A stretch of 64,000 bases of DNA, taken from contig CAWGAA010000001.1 of assembly GCA_963820525.1 (NCBI GenBank), forward strand, positions 1,309,299 to 1,373,298, given 5' to 3'. The first letter of the stretch is position 1. Every line of letters begins with the position of its first letter. The notes under the pieces are model-generated. The model was not told where the DNA came from. It ran no database searches and saw only the letters and a list, made by a program, of their open reading frames with translations. The translations under genes and the position numbers were made by a program. This stretch comes from an uncultured Spirochaetota bacterium (GTDB lineage: Bacteria > Spirochaetota > Spirochaetia > SZUA-6 > Fen-1364). Positions 19,665 through 31,830 of this stretch are shown here, in pieces.

Positions 19665-21014
19665 ATGGGTACGGCGAGCTCTCCCATCATCGTCATCGGG
19701 CACAAGAATCCCGACACCGATTCGGTCTGTTCGGCGGTGGCCTACGCGCGCTTCAAGACCGAGGTGCTGGGAGAGGAGGCCCGTGCGTTCCGCGCCGGAA
19801 ACATCAACCCCCAGACCCAGTTCGTCCTTTCCCGCTTTCAGGTTCCCAGCCCGCCGCTGTTGACGGACGTCTACCCCAAGATCGCCGACATCATGATCCA
19901 CCGCGATGATCTGATCACCCTCACCCCCTGGGACACGGTCAGCCGCGCGAGCGAGGCCCTGACCAGGCTTCACTTCTCCTTTCTTCCCGTGGTGGACGCT
20001 GAGAACCGCTGCGTCGGCCAGATCAGCACGCTTCGAATCGCAGGCATCCTGCAGGACCTGGCGAGCCTTCGCGACGGCGAGAACCTGGCCGAGGCGGCCC
20101 GGCGGGCCATCACGGCGCCCATCCGTGAGTACGTCGAGGTGCCGCATCCCACCTTCAAACCGCATGATCAGGTGCGAAACGTTCTTCGGGAAATCGGCGG
20201 CCATAACGAGGGGGGCTTCATGGTCCTGGACGAGGAGGGGCACCTCGTCGGGGTGATCACGAGGGTAAGCTTCCTTGCGGAGAGCCGCCTGCGCGTGATC
20301 ATGGTGGACCACAACGAGCTTTCCCAGGCGGTGGACGGTATGGAGGAGGCCGACGTGATCGAGATCATCGACCACCATCGGCTTGCCAACCGCTCTACAA
20401 GGGCGCCGGTCACCTTCATCAACAAGACGGTCGGCTCCACGGCCACGATCGTCGCGGAGCTGTACAAGAACACGGATGCCTGCCCTCCGCCCGACCAGGC
20501 GGGGCTTCTCCTCGCGGCCCTGCTGTCCGACACCGTCATCCTCAAGTCTCCCACCACGACGCCCGTGGACACCCAGATGGCATCGTGGCTTTCCGGCATC
20601 GCCAAGATGGAGATCGAGACCTTCGGGGAGGAGATGTTCGCCGCCGGCGCCGCGATCGTGGGAATGGACGCCCGCCAGATCGTCGGCCAGGACCAGAAGC
20701 TCTACCATGAGGAGGGCAAGCGCTTCAGCGTGAGCCAGATCGAGACCGTCGGATTCAGCGGAGTGCTTCGAAGGAAAGGGGAGCTGTTCGACGAGCTGGA
20801 CAGGCTCGTTCGCCGCGACGAGCTCGCCCTTGCCTGCCTCATGGCCACGGACGTCACGCGGGAGACAAGCCTCTTTCTCTGCAAGGGAGACCCGCGCATC
20901 CTCTCCGCCATCACCTATAGGAAGAAAGAGGAGGGCATCTATGAAATGCAGGACGTGCTTTCCAGAAAGAAGCAGGTCCTCCCCTACCTCATCGATATCT
21001 TGAAAAAGCTGTAG
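19665..21014 (+). CDS. ppaC: CBS-domain-containing manganese-dependent inorganic pyrophosphatase (family II, DHH-DHHA2 with a CBS insert)
   Basis: DHH N-terminal region (IVIGHKNPDTDSVCSAVAYA), a CBS pair insert, DHH motif MVDHNE...IIDHH, and a DHHA2 C-terminus. RBS GGAGAGGGAG before ATG 19665. Confidence 0.8.
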   Translation: MGTASSPIIVIGHKNPDTDSVCSAVAYARFKTEVLGEEARAFRAGNINPQTQFVLSRFQVPSPPLLTDVYPKIADIMIHRDDLITLTPWDTVSRASEALTRLHFSFLPVVDAENRCVGQISTLRIAGILQDLASLRDGENLAEAARRAITAPIREYVEVPHPTFKPHDQVRNVLREIGGHNEGGFMVLDEEGHLVGVITRVSFLAESRLRVIMVDHNELSQAVDGMEEADVIEIIDHHRLANRSTRAPVTFINKTVGSTATIVAELYKNTDACPPPDQAGLLLAALLSDTVILKSPTTTPVDTQMASWLSGIAKMEIETFGEEMFAAGAAIVGMDARQIVGQDQKLYHEEGKRFSVSQIETVGFSGVLRRKGELFDELDRLVRRDELALACLMATDVTRETSLFLCKGDPRILSAITYRKKEEGIYEMQDVLSRKKQVLPYLIDILKKL

Positions 21015-21132
21015 CGGGCCTCGGGCGGGCCCCAGCCGGGCGCAGGCGTGGCAATTGGCAGGGCCGCCGGCCCGGCGCTTGTTGCGGGCCCCGCGCGAAC
21101 CGCGTGCCCGGCGCTTGTCGCACGTCCGCGCC

Positions 21133-21730
21133 TCAGAACCCCAATATTCCGCCCACCTCAGCCAGATAGCCGACAACATAGTCCGCGCTCACGCCCATCT
21201 CGGGGGTCGGGCCGCCGTTTGTCAGAAGGGCTGTGACGGCGCCCCCCCGCCTGCCGGCCTCGATGTCGAACACGAAGTCTCCGACTACCAGAAGCTCATG
21301 CGGCGAAACCCCGAGCGTCCGGGCCGCCATCTGAAGCCCGTCGGGGTGAGGCTTGGGTCTGGGAGAGTTTTCCCTGCAGAGCACGACGGTGAAATCGCTT
21401 AAGGAGATGCGCGAGAAGTTTTTCATCGCCTCTTCCACCGAGGCGCGGCAGTTGTTCGTGAGGATTCCCCGGGGAATCCCGCGGTCCCTCAGGAGAACAA
21501 CGAGGTCCCTCCGCTCCGCTGTTGGGGACGGATCTGCGCGCTCCTGCAAGCTCGAACTCCTCCAGAACACGCAGTGCCTCCATACGCCTTCCCGCCGGAG
21601 CGAGCGCCTCGATGAACTCGATTATCACGGAGCCCGGCGGGCAGCCGATAAGGCCCCGGAGGGCTTTCAAGTCTATGGAGCCCGGCCTGGTGAGGGTGCC
21701 GTCGAAATCGAAGAGGACCGCCCTGATCAT
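21133..21730 (-). CDS. HAD-superfamily hydrolase (HAD-IA, phosphoglycolate-phosphatase-like), frameshifted near 21534-21537
   Basis: Motif I LFDFDGTLT is in one frame. Motifs II-IV (ILTNN, KPHP, VVGDFVFDIEAGRRGG) are in the +1 frame. Deleting one C from a C4 run restores ...ARRSVPTAERRDLVVLL. Confidence 0.7.
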
Positions 21731-21929
21731 CGGCCCAGTATAGCGGGAAGAAGCTCCGTTTCAAGGGCGAGGCTGAGAATGCATGCACGGCGGGATTCAA
21801 ATTGCTCGGCGCGCAGAGCCGTCAGTATACTATAGATATCTTAAGAACTGGCGCGTTTAATGGACCACCCACGCTAGCTGGGAGGGCAGGCGCGCCGCTT
21901 GATGGACCGCGCCAGGCCCTGCCTGAAGC

Positions 21930-23528
21930 TCAGCCGCGGGCCAGCGCCTGGAGGTCGAAGCCGGTGTCGGAGAGCTTTTCAGCCGGCACGGGGATCCGCC
22001 TGCGGAACAGCTCCTCGATGGCGCTGATGTCGTTGGCAAGCCCAACACCCGCCGCCGCTTTGAGCGCCCCCCTGACGTAGAAGCCGGCGATGAACTTGCC
22101 GCCCTCCACGTCGCCGCGATAGACAATCTTGTCCCACTCGCGCACATAGCCGACGTACTTCACGCCGATCCCCGTCTGGCGTGTCCAGAAGAACTGCGCC
22201 TCCCGGTATGGCTCCTGAGAGCCCAACATGGCACGGGCCGCGTGACAGCCCATCCTCTCGGCAGCCACCCAGTGTTCCACCCGCTGCCCGTCCACGCTGT
22301 TGGCGAGCTCTTCCCCGTTTCCGTTTGTGCCCAGAGGATCGGGAATCAAGGCGATGTCTCCCGCGGCGAATACATCCGGGATCCTGGTCTGGAGCCGAGC
22401 ATTCACCGGAATCACCCCGCCCAGAACGAGCTCCGTTCCGCTGATGTATTCCACGGCGGGCTGCACGCCTAGCCCGAAGACCACGAAGTCCGGCGTCACG
22501 CGGCTTCCGTCGGAGAGCACGAGGACCTTGGCACCCTTCTCTTCGGCGATCCGCGTCACCGTCTTTCCCAGGTGCAGCACCGCGCCGTTGTCCTCATGGC
22601 GCTTCTTGAGCAAGGCCGCGATACGGTCTCCCAGCACGCGCGCCAGGGGGAGAGACTCGGGTGAAATAACGGTGACGGAGAGCCCCCTCTCACGAAGCGA
22701 GCTCGCCAGCTCCATGCCGATGAACCCGGCACCAATGAGGGCCGCGCTCTTCGCCGTTGAGGCGGCTTGTTCGATGGCTCTCGCGTCCGCGAGGCTCCGC
22801 AGGCTGAAGCAGCAGCCTTCTTTCGCACCTGGAATCGAGAGCTTCCTCGGCGTGCCTCCGGTGGCAAGCAGGGCTTTGTCGAACGACATGACCTTTCCAC
22901 CCTCAAAGACGGCCTCTTTCTTCCGCCCGTCGAAAGCCACGACCCGGTGATTGGTCAGGACCTCGATCCCCTGATCCTCGTAGAAAGAGGGGCTCCTCAG
23001 GGGGAGCCACTCCGGCTTGGCCTTGCCGGCCAGGAATTCCTTCGAGAGGTTGGGGCGGTCGTAGGGCTGATCCGCCTCGGAGGTCACCATGACGATGCGG
23101 CCGGCGAATCCCTCCCTCCGCAGGGTCTCGGCCGCGGCGTTTCCCGCGGCCCCGGCTCCCACGATGAGGAAGGTCCGGTTCTCGGACACCTGCACGCGGG
23201 GATGCTTCGGTTTCTCCGCCGGGCCGACCCAGACATCCCCCTCCTCCACGCGCACGGGATACAGGGTAAGATCGTTCAGGGCTGGAGGAGAGACCATACG
23301 CCCCGTAGTGACATCCAGGCGCGCGTTATGGCAGCGGCAGACCACGACGCGTCCGAGGAGAAGCCCCTCCTCCAGCTTGCACTGATAGTGAGGGCACTCG
23401 TGCCCCACGGCATGGATCTTTCCGTCCAGGCGCACCAGATAGATCCCCTCCTTGCCGATTGTCACGAGCCGGGGGACGTTTTCCTGCAGATCGCTCTCGG
23501 AACAGACTTTCTTCCATGAATTGTCCAT
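21930..23528 (-). CDS. Rieske [2Fe-2S] domain fused to an FAD/NAD(P)-dependent pyridine nucleotide-disulfide oxidoreductase (ferredoxin-reductase / AIF-like)
   Basis: N-terminal Rieske CPHYQCKL...CRCHNARL, then a dinucleotide fold (LIVGAGAAGNAAAETL, ALIGAGFIGMELAS) and GD motif AAGDIAL. RBS GGAGGAGG upstream. Confidence 0.8.
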   Translation of the reverse strand: MDNSWKKVCSESDLQENVPRLVTIGKEGIYLVRLDGKIHAVGHECPHYQCKLEEGLLLGRVVVCRCHNARLDVTTGRMVSPPALNDLTLYPVRVEEGDVWVGPAEKPKHPRVQVSENRTFLIVGAGAAGNAAAETLRREGFAGRIVMVTSEADQPYDRPNLSKEFLAGKAKPEWLPLRSPSFYEDQGIEVLTNHRVVAFDGRKKEAVFEGGKVMSFDKALLATGGTPRKLSIPGAKEGCCFSLRSLADARAIEQAASTAKSAALIGAGFIGMELASSLRERGLSVTVISPESLPLARVLGDRIAALLKKRHEDNGAVLHLGKTVTRIAEEKGAKVLVLSDGSRVTPDFVVFGLGVQPAVEYISGTELVLGGVIPVNARLQTRIPDVFAAGDIALIPDPLGTNGNGEELANSVDGQRVEHWVAAERMGCHAARAMLGSQEPYREAQFFWTRQTGIGVKYVGYVREWDKIVYRGDVEGGKFIAGFYVRGALKAAAGVGLANDISAIEELFRRRIPVPAEKLSDTGFDLQALARG

Positions 23529-23636
23529 GATGGGCCTCCTCCCTGCTATAAGATAGGCCCGCGAGAGGCGGCCGGCAATAATATCGGTGTGCGATAATGC
23601 GGCCGCCGGCCAGGCGCTCGGCGGGCACGCCGGGGA

Positions 23637-26217
<2,581 letters not shown>

Positions 26218-26220
26218 GGC

Positions 26221-27726
26221 TTACAGCGTCTTCTTGAACGCCTTGATCGTCTCCGAGAGGACCTCAGGCTCCGAGAGGGTGCCGAGGTTTCGGATGCCGG
26301 CCAGGATCTCAGGCTTGTCCCGCTTGAGGTGCTCCAGGAACCTGGTCTCGAACTCGCGCACCTTGCTCACGGGGATGTCGTCGATGAATCCCCGCGTGGC
26401 GGCATAGAGGGCCATCACCTGGTCTTCAACCGGCATGGGGGAGAACTGGGTCTGCTTGAGCACTTCAACCAGGCGCGCTCCGCGGGCGAGCTGGTTCTGC
26501 GTGGCCCGGTCCAGCTCCGTTCCCATCTGCGCGAATGCCTCAAGCTCCCGGTACGATGCAAGGTCTATGCGAAGAGACCCCGCAACCTGCTTCATGGCTT
26601 TTATCTGTGCGTTTCCCCCGACGCGGGAGACCGAGAGGCCGACGTCAATGGCCGGCCTGACTCCCGCGTTGTACAGGTCTGTGCGAAGGTATATCTGGCC
26701 GTCCGTGATAGAGATGACGTTCGTCGGGATATAGGCGGAAACCTCGCCCTCCTGGGTCTCGATCAGGGGGAGCGCCGTGAGCGACCCTCCGCCCAGCTCG
26801 TCGGAGATGCGAGCGGCCCGCTCTAGGAGCCGCGAGTGGAGGTAGAAAACGTCCCCGGGATATGCCTCGCGCCCGGGCGGCCGGCGCAGGAGCAGGGAGA
26901 GCTGGCGGTACGCGTTGGCCTGGCGGGAGAGGTCGTCGTAGACGCAGAGGGTGTGCTTGTGCTCCTGGTACATGAAGTGCTCAGCCATGGCGCATCCGGC
27001 GTAGGGCGCGATGTAGAGCAGGGCGGCGGGCTCGGCGGCTGTGGCTGCCACCACGATCGTGTGGTCCATGGCGCCGTGCTTTTTGAAATTTTCTATTATA
27101 CCCGCAACCATGGAAGCCTTCTGGCCAATGGCCACATAGACGCAGATGACGTCCTTGCCCTTCTGGTTCATGATCGTGTCGATGGCAATGGACTCTTTGC
27201 CCGTGCCGCGGTCCCCGATTATAAGCTCGCGCTGGCCCTTGCCGATGGGCACCATGGCGTCGATCGCCTTGATGCCGGTCTGCAGGGGCTCGCGCACGGA
27301 CTGCCGCTCCCTCACGCCCGGGGCCTTGAACTCGACAGGGCGGGTCCGCGAGGAGCTTATGGGCCCCTTTCCATCCAGGGGGATGCCGAGGGGGTTCACG
27401 ACACGGCCGATGAGCTCCGGGCCGACGGGCACCTCCAGCACCCTTCCCGTGCGCTTCACCCTTCCGCCTTCGCGCAGGCCCGTGTACTCGCCCAGGATGA
27501 CGGCGCCGACGTTGTCCTCCTCGAGGTTCAGCGCAAGGCCGAAGGCGCCGCTTTCGAACTCCACCATTTCGTTGGCCATGACATTGCGAAGCCCGTAGAT
27601 CCGCGCGATCCCGTCGCCCAGCTCGACGATTGTGCCGATCTCCTCGACGCTCAAGTCCTTGGTGTAGCTCTTGAGCTCCTGCTTGATCCGCGTCGTTATC
27701 TCTTCCAGGTTGATGCGCATTGGCAC
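26221..27726 (-). CDS. atpA: ATP synthase F1 alpha subunit
   Basis: GDRGTGKE P-loop. Full-length, 501 aa. Confidence 0.95.
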   Translation of the reverse strand: MPMRINLEEITTRIKQELKSYTKDLSVEEIGTIVELGDGIARIYGLRNVMANEMVEFESGAFGLALNLEEDNVGAVILGEYTGLREGGRVKRTGRVLEVPVGPELIGRVVNPLGIPLDGKGPISSSRTRPVEFKAPGVRERQSVREPLQTGIKAIDAMVPIGKGQRELIIGDRGTGKESIAIDTIMNQKGKDVICVYVAIGQKASMVAGIIENFKKHGAMDHTIVVAATAAEPAALLYIAPYAGCAMAEHFMYQEHKHTLCVYDDLSRQANAYRQLSLLLRRPPGREAYPGDVFYLHSRLLERAARISDELGGGSLTALPLIETQEGEVSAYIPTNVISITDGQIYLRTDLYNAGVRPAIDVGLSVSRVGGNAQIKAMKQVAGSLRIDLASYRELEAFAQMGTELDRATQNQLARGARLVEVLKQTQFSPMPVEDQVMALYAATRGFIDDIPVSKVREFETRFLEHLKRDKPEILAGIRNLGTLSEPEVLSETIKAFKKTL

Positions 27727-27775
27727 TCCTTGCGAGCCGGCTTCGGCGCCCCGTGGGCGCCGAAGCCGGCGCTCC

Positions 27776-28339
27776 TCACCTGCTCTCGGATCTTTCCGTG
27801 AGCCTTCCCGCCAGCTCTTTCAGGCGGCCTTCTACGCTGAACTCGATCTCCTGCCCCTCGCATTGGGCAACCACTCCGCCGATGAGCGACGGCCTGGACT
27901 GCAGGTCGAGGATCACATGGCCGCCCAGACGCCGCTCCAGCGCCGTCTTTATCCGCGCGAGCTCCTCCTCGCCGAGAGGAAAGGCGGACCAAACCGTCAC
28001 GTCGCGCTCCCCTCGGGCGTGCCGCGCGAGCCTCTGCAACTCCGCCGCGATCTCCGTGAGCAGGCCGGTCCTTCCCCGGTCAACAATGAGGAATAGAAGC
28101 GTGAGCACCCGAGCGTCTATGGCGTCGGAGAATACGGAGCGGATCATCTCTTTCTTCAGCTTTCCCGCGATGATGCGGGAGGAGAGAAAGACCCGAAAGT
28201 CCGCATCCCGTTCGATGGCGTCACGGGCCAGCGCCAGGTCCGCGGCCACGGAGTCGAGGGCCTGGGCCGCGCCCTTTGCTTCCTCGCCCACGAGCTCGAA
28301 GAGGGCGCGGGCGTAGTTCCTCGATACGATACCGGCCAT
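27776..28339 (-). CDS. atpH: ATP synthase F1 delta (OSCP) subunit
   Basis: Size and position in the operon, plus OSCP-like N-terminus [11 protein letters not shown]. Confidence 0.8.
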   Translation of the reverse strand: MAGIVSRNYARALFELVGEEAKGAAQALDSVAADLALARDAIERDADFRVFLSSRIIAGKLKKEMIRSVFSDAIDARVLTLLFLIVDRGRTGLLTEIAAELQRLARHARGERDVTVWSAFPLGEEELARIKTALERRLGGHVILDLQSRPSLIGGVVAQCEGQEIEFSVEGRLKELAGRLTERSESR

Positions 28340-28351
28340 CCGCTCCCCTTT

Positions 28352-28852
28352 TCAGCCTTTGGAGCCGGCGGTGAGCTTCGAGGCGAACTCCTCCACGAAG
28401 GCCCTATTGTCGGGCCGGCCGGTTTCGCGGCGGAGGATGGCGTCGGCGATGGAGAAGGACAGGGAGACGATCTGGTTCTTGAGCGCGAGCTCGGCCTCCT
28501 CGGAGGCCCGGCGGATCTCCTCGGTGGCCTGCGCGCGCAGGGCCCGGATCTCCTCCTGGGTATTCTTGAGCATCTCCTCCTTCAGGCGTGATGCCTCGGC
28601 TCTTCCCTGCTCGATGATGTGCGCCGCCTCGAGCCTGCCTTCCTTGATGGTCTTATCGTACTCGGCGAGCATCACCACGCCTTTTTCCTTGGCCTGGCGC
28701 GCGGATTCGAGATCCGAAGAGATGCGTTCGGAGCGCTTATCCAGCGCGCCCACGATCCTGTCCCACGCCGTGAAGCGCAGGATCAGGATCACCAGCCCGA
28801 AGGTAATCCACAGCCACAAAACGAGGCCGGGATCCACGCGCAGCAGTACCAT
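28352..28852 (-). CDS. atpF: ATP synthase Fo subunit b
   Basis: Single N-terminal TM helix followed by a long charged helix. Operon position. Confidence 0.8.
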   Translation of the reverse strand: MVLLRVDPGLVLWLWITFGLVILILRFTAWDRIVGALDKRSERISSDLESARQAKEKGVVMLAEYDKTIKEGRLEAAHIIEQGRAEASRLKEEMLKNTQEEIRALRAQATEEIRRASEEAELALKNQIVSLSFSIADAILRRETGRPDNRAFVEEFASKLTAGSKG

Positions 28853-28861
28853 TGGGGTCTC

Positions 28862-29113
28862 CTACATGACGATGGCGAGGATGCAGACGACGAGGGCGAT
28901 GATTCCCACCCCTTCGACGAGGACCGCCGCCAGAAGCATGTTCGTCTGGATCTTGTTGAAAGCCTCGGGCTGCCGGGAGATGCCCTCCAGGGCGGCGGAG
29001 CCGATCTTGCCCAGACCCAGGCCGACGCCCAGGACGGCGAGACCCGCTCCCAGGGTGGCCCCGATGAAAGCTCCGAACTTCATGATTGCCGGCGCAAGGG
29101 GGGTCAAATCCAT
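28862..29113 (-). CDS. atpE: ATP synthase Fo subunit c
   Basis: Hairpin of two TM helices with a GxGxGxG pattern and the conserved carboxylate (VEGVGII). AAAGGAG RBS before ATG 29113. Confidence 0.85.
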   Translation of the reverse strand: MDLTPLAPAIMKFGAFIGATLGAGLAVLGVGLGLGKIGSAALEGISRQPEAFNKIQTNMLLAAVLVEGVGIIALVVCILAIVM

Positions 29114-29163
29114 GTCAATGCTCCTTTCGTTGAATCGCATGCCGGCATTCCGCCGGCCGAAAG

Positions 29164-30078
29164 TCAGTGCTTCCTCAGGGCGAGGCCGATGAACAGCGCC
29201 GTGAGGAACGAAAAGATGTATGCCTGGAGGATCGCCACGAAGATCTCCAGGCCCGAGATCGCCAGGTCAACGAGCACGGCCGCGGGGCCAAGCACGAGAG
29301 ACTGAAACTTGATGATCAGGATCAGGATGATGAGGATGGCGACGTGCCCCCCGATCATGTTGGCGAAAAGCCTCATGATCATGGCAAAGGTCTTGGAAAA
29401 GGTTCCCACGATCTCCAAAAGCAGGGTGAAGGGAGCCATCCACACCGGAGTGCCGTGAGGGATCATGTCCTTCCAGTAGCCGAAAGCCCCCTTGGCGCGC
29501 ATGCCGGCCACGTTGAACACCACGAAGGTGATGAGCCCCAGGCCCGCCGTGGTGGCGAGGTTTCCCGTGACGGCCCCGCCCAGCCAGGCCGCCTTCTCCG
29601 CCCCCGGCGGCATGAGCGGGGCGAACGGGGGCACGAGCCCCAGGAGGTTGGAGTACAGGATGAAGAGGAAGAAGCTGAAGCAGAGGATCTGGTACCGCTT
29701 TCCCTCCGGTCCCAGAACCGGCTCGTAGACCTCCTTCCGTAAATACTCCAGGATCGTCTCGAACAGGCTCTGCAGGCGGGTGGGCTTCTTGAAGGGGTCC
29801 TTCAGCTTGTGGGCGAGGTAGAACATGGTGAGGAGGACCAGGAGGGCCACCACCGTCATGAGGATGAAGTGCTTCGTGATCGAGAACGCGAGGGTGAAAC
29901 CGCCTACGGAAAGGAGCGGAATCCTGGCGTAGGGGTGTTCAATGTTGTCGGTAAGCTCCTCGAAAAGGACCTGGGAAAGGCTGAACCCCTCTTTGGGTTC
30001 CTCGGCAGGAGCAGCGAAAGCCCGGCCGGGGCCAGCCGCCAGGAGCGCGACGAGAATGAGAACAACCCGTTGCGGCAT
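29164..30078 (-). CDS. atpB: ATP synthase Fo subunit a
   Basis: Multi-TM protein with the conserved Arg region (NMIGGHV). First gene of the operon. Confidence 0.85.
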   Translation of the reverse strand: MPQRVVLILVALLAAGPGRAFAAPAEEPKEGFSLSQVLFEELTDNIEHPYARIPLLSVGGFTLAFSITKHFILMTVVALLVLLTMFYLAHKLKDPFKKPTRLQSLFETILEYLRKEVYEPVLGPEGKRYQILCFSFFLFILYSNLLGLVPPFAPLMPPGAEKAAWLGGAVTGNLATTAGLGLITFVVFNVAGMRAKGAFGYWKDMIPHGTPVWMAPFTLLLEIVGTFSKTFAMIMRLFANMIGGHVAILIILILIIKFQSLVLGPAAVLVDLAISGLEIFVAILQAYIFSFLTALFIGLALRKH

Positions 30079-30171
30079 TCACTCTCATTGTCGAGAAACG
30101 GCAGGGGACTTGTCAAGGGGAACCTCCTGCCGGCCCTTTGCCCGGCGGATCTGCGCCGGCGCGGGAATCCC

Positions 30172-30200
30172 TCGACAGGGGACCGTTCGGACTTTATACT
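30172..30200 (+). promoter_or_regulatory. Sigma70-like promoter TCGACA-N17-TATACT for the LiaF-like operon, bracketed by the inverted repeat CGACAG...CTGTCG
   Basis: -35 at 30172-30177, -10 at 30195-30200. RBS GGAAGGAGG at 30211-30219 before ATG 30225. Confidence 0.5.
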
Positions 30201-30224
30201 GTCGGAAACCGGAAGGAGGCATTC

Positions 30225-30743
30225 ATGGATAGCAGGAGCAGGTCTGCCGTCGCGGGCGGCACAATTCTCATTCTCCTCGGCGTATTCTTTCTCATCATCC
30301 GCATTGTCCCCGGAATATTCGGCGAGTTCTCCTGGCCGCTCATCATCATCGGGGTGGGCGTGGTCTTCCTCGTCGTGGCCGTGATCACCTGGACCCCCGG
30401 GCTGACCGTGCCCGCCTGCATCATCGGGGGCATCGGGGCCATCCTCTACTGGCAGAACCTGACCGGCCATTGGGAGACCTGGGCGTACGCCTGGACCCTC
30501 ATTCCCGGTTTCGTCGGCGTGGGGGTGTTCCTCTCCGAGCTTCTGGAGGGAAGGCCCATGAAGGCCCTGGTGGACGGGGGCTGGCCCATCCTGGTGAGCC
30601 TCGTTTTGTTCTTCATCTTCGGCTACTTCCTGGGAAACCTTCCCTGGCTCGGGGCGTACTGGGCGGTCCTGCTCATCGTGGTCGGGGTGCTCATCATCCT
30701 GCGTCCCCTGCTCGGGATCGGAAAGAAAAAGGGAGATCAATGA
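30225..30743 (+). CDS. LiaF-like transmembrane protein (4-5 TM helices; DUF5668/LiaF-TM-like)
   Basis: Hydrophobic segments are typical of the LiaI/LiaF-like membrane anchor. Strong RBS. Confidence 0.55.
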   Translation: MDSRSRSAVAGGTILILLGVFFLIIRIVPGIFGEFSWPLIIIGVGVVFLVVAVITWTPGLTVPACIIGGIGAILYWQNLTGHWETWAYAWTLIPGFVGVGVFLSELLEGRPMKALVDGGWPILVSLVLFFIFGYFLGNLPWLGAYWAVLLIVVGVLIILRPLLGIGKKKGDQ

Positions 30744-30744
30744 C

Positions 30745-31569
30745 ATGAGAAGGTGGAACTTCATAATCGGAGCGGTGCTCGTCGTCCTGGGCGGCCTGCT
30801 CCTGCTGCAGCTCGCCATCAACGCAATGGGAATCGCTTTCCACATCATGTGGATTTTCTGGCCTCTCATCCTCATCGGCCTCGGCGTCTGGATCATCCAG
30901 GGCTTTACGTGGGGAGGCTGGAAGAGCGGGGAGGTTGCCCGCGAGGACGCCTCCATCCCCCTGGACGGGGCTTCCGAGGCTTCCGTGCGGGTTCAGCACG
31001 GCGCCGGGAGGCTCACCGTCGGCTCGGGCACGGCGCCGGACCAGCTCCTCACCGGGAGCTTCGGCGGCGGGCTTGAAAGCTCAACCTCGCGAGCAAACGG
31101 CAGACTTTCCGTGGAGATGCGGATCAAGGAGCGCGATGTCTCCCGCTTCTTCAGAAGCTGGACCCGCGGCCGATACGGCCTCCTGGACTGGGACTTCCGC
31201 CTCAATTCCACCGTTCCCCTTTCCCTCACCTTCGAGACAGGCGCCAACGAGTCGCGCCTCACCCTCACGGACCTCCAGGTGCGCGAGCTGCGGCTGAAGA
31301 CCGGGGCAAGCTCCACCACCATCGACCTTCCCGCCCGAACGCCGCACACGCGCCTGTCCATAGACTCGGGGGCGGCGGCGGTGCGCATCCGCGTTCCCTC
31401 CGGGGTCGCCGCCCAGGTGCGGGTAAACTCGGCCCTATCCGGGGTCCACGTGAACGCGGCCAGATTCCCCAGGGCTGGAGACGTTTACCGCTCTGCGGAC
31501 TGGGATTCGGCACAATATAAGGTAGAGATCTCTGTAGAAACCGGGGTGGGCTCCATCGACGTGAGCTGA
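30745..31569 (+). CDS. LiaF/YvqF-like cell-envelope stress protein (N-terminal TM anchor plus C-terminal DUF4097-like beta-rich domain)
   Basis: Two N-terminal TM helices, then a repetitive beta-strand domain (...RLSVEMRIKE..., ...RLTLTDLQVRELRLKTG..., ...AAAVRIRVPSGVAAQVRVNSALSGVHV). Start overlaps the upstream stop. Confidence 0.55.
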   Translation: MRRWNFIIGAVLVVLGGLLLLQLAINAMGIAFHIMWIFWPLILIGLGVWIIQGFTWGGWKSGEVAREDASIPLDGASEASVRVQHGAGRLTVGSGTAPDQLLTGSFGGGLESSTSRANGRLSVEMRIKERDVSRFFRSWTRGRYGLLDWDFRLNSTVPLSLTFETGANESRLTLTDLQVRELRLKTGASSTTIDLPARTPHTRLSIDSGAAAVRIRVPSGVAAQVRVNSALSGVHVNAARFPRAGDVYRSADWDSAQYKVEISVETGVGSIDVS

Positions 31570-31830
31570 ACCTGAAGGGACGCGGCGGCGCGCTCAGTGC
31601 CACTGGACGTCGCGGCCGAGTGAAGCAGGCGGCACGGCCGGGCGAAGCGCGGCGCGGCTGTGCCTATACGGCGGCCTGTGCCCACCCGGCGCCGCGGCCG
31701 ATCGGGGTTCTGGAGCCGCTGGCGCGCTTTAAAGCGCCACGCAGCATTGTCGCTGCCGCTCGCCGGCACTCAGTGCGCCCCGCGGCAATCCCCGGCGCGT
31801 TGCCATCGTCGCCACGGTCCGCCGCGTGCT

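Noticed and set aside
19599-21179. 526-aa minus-strand ORF antisense to the CBS-pyrophosphatase
   Set aside because: Antisense artefact with an Arg/Gly-rich translation.
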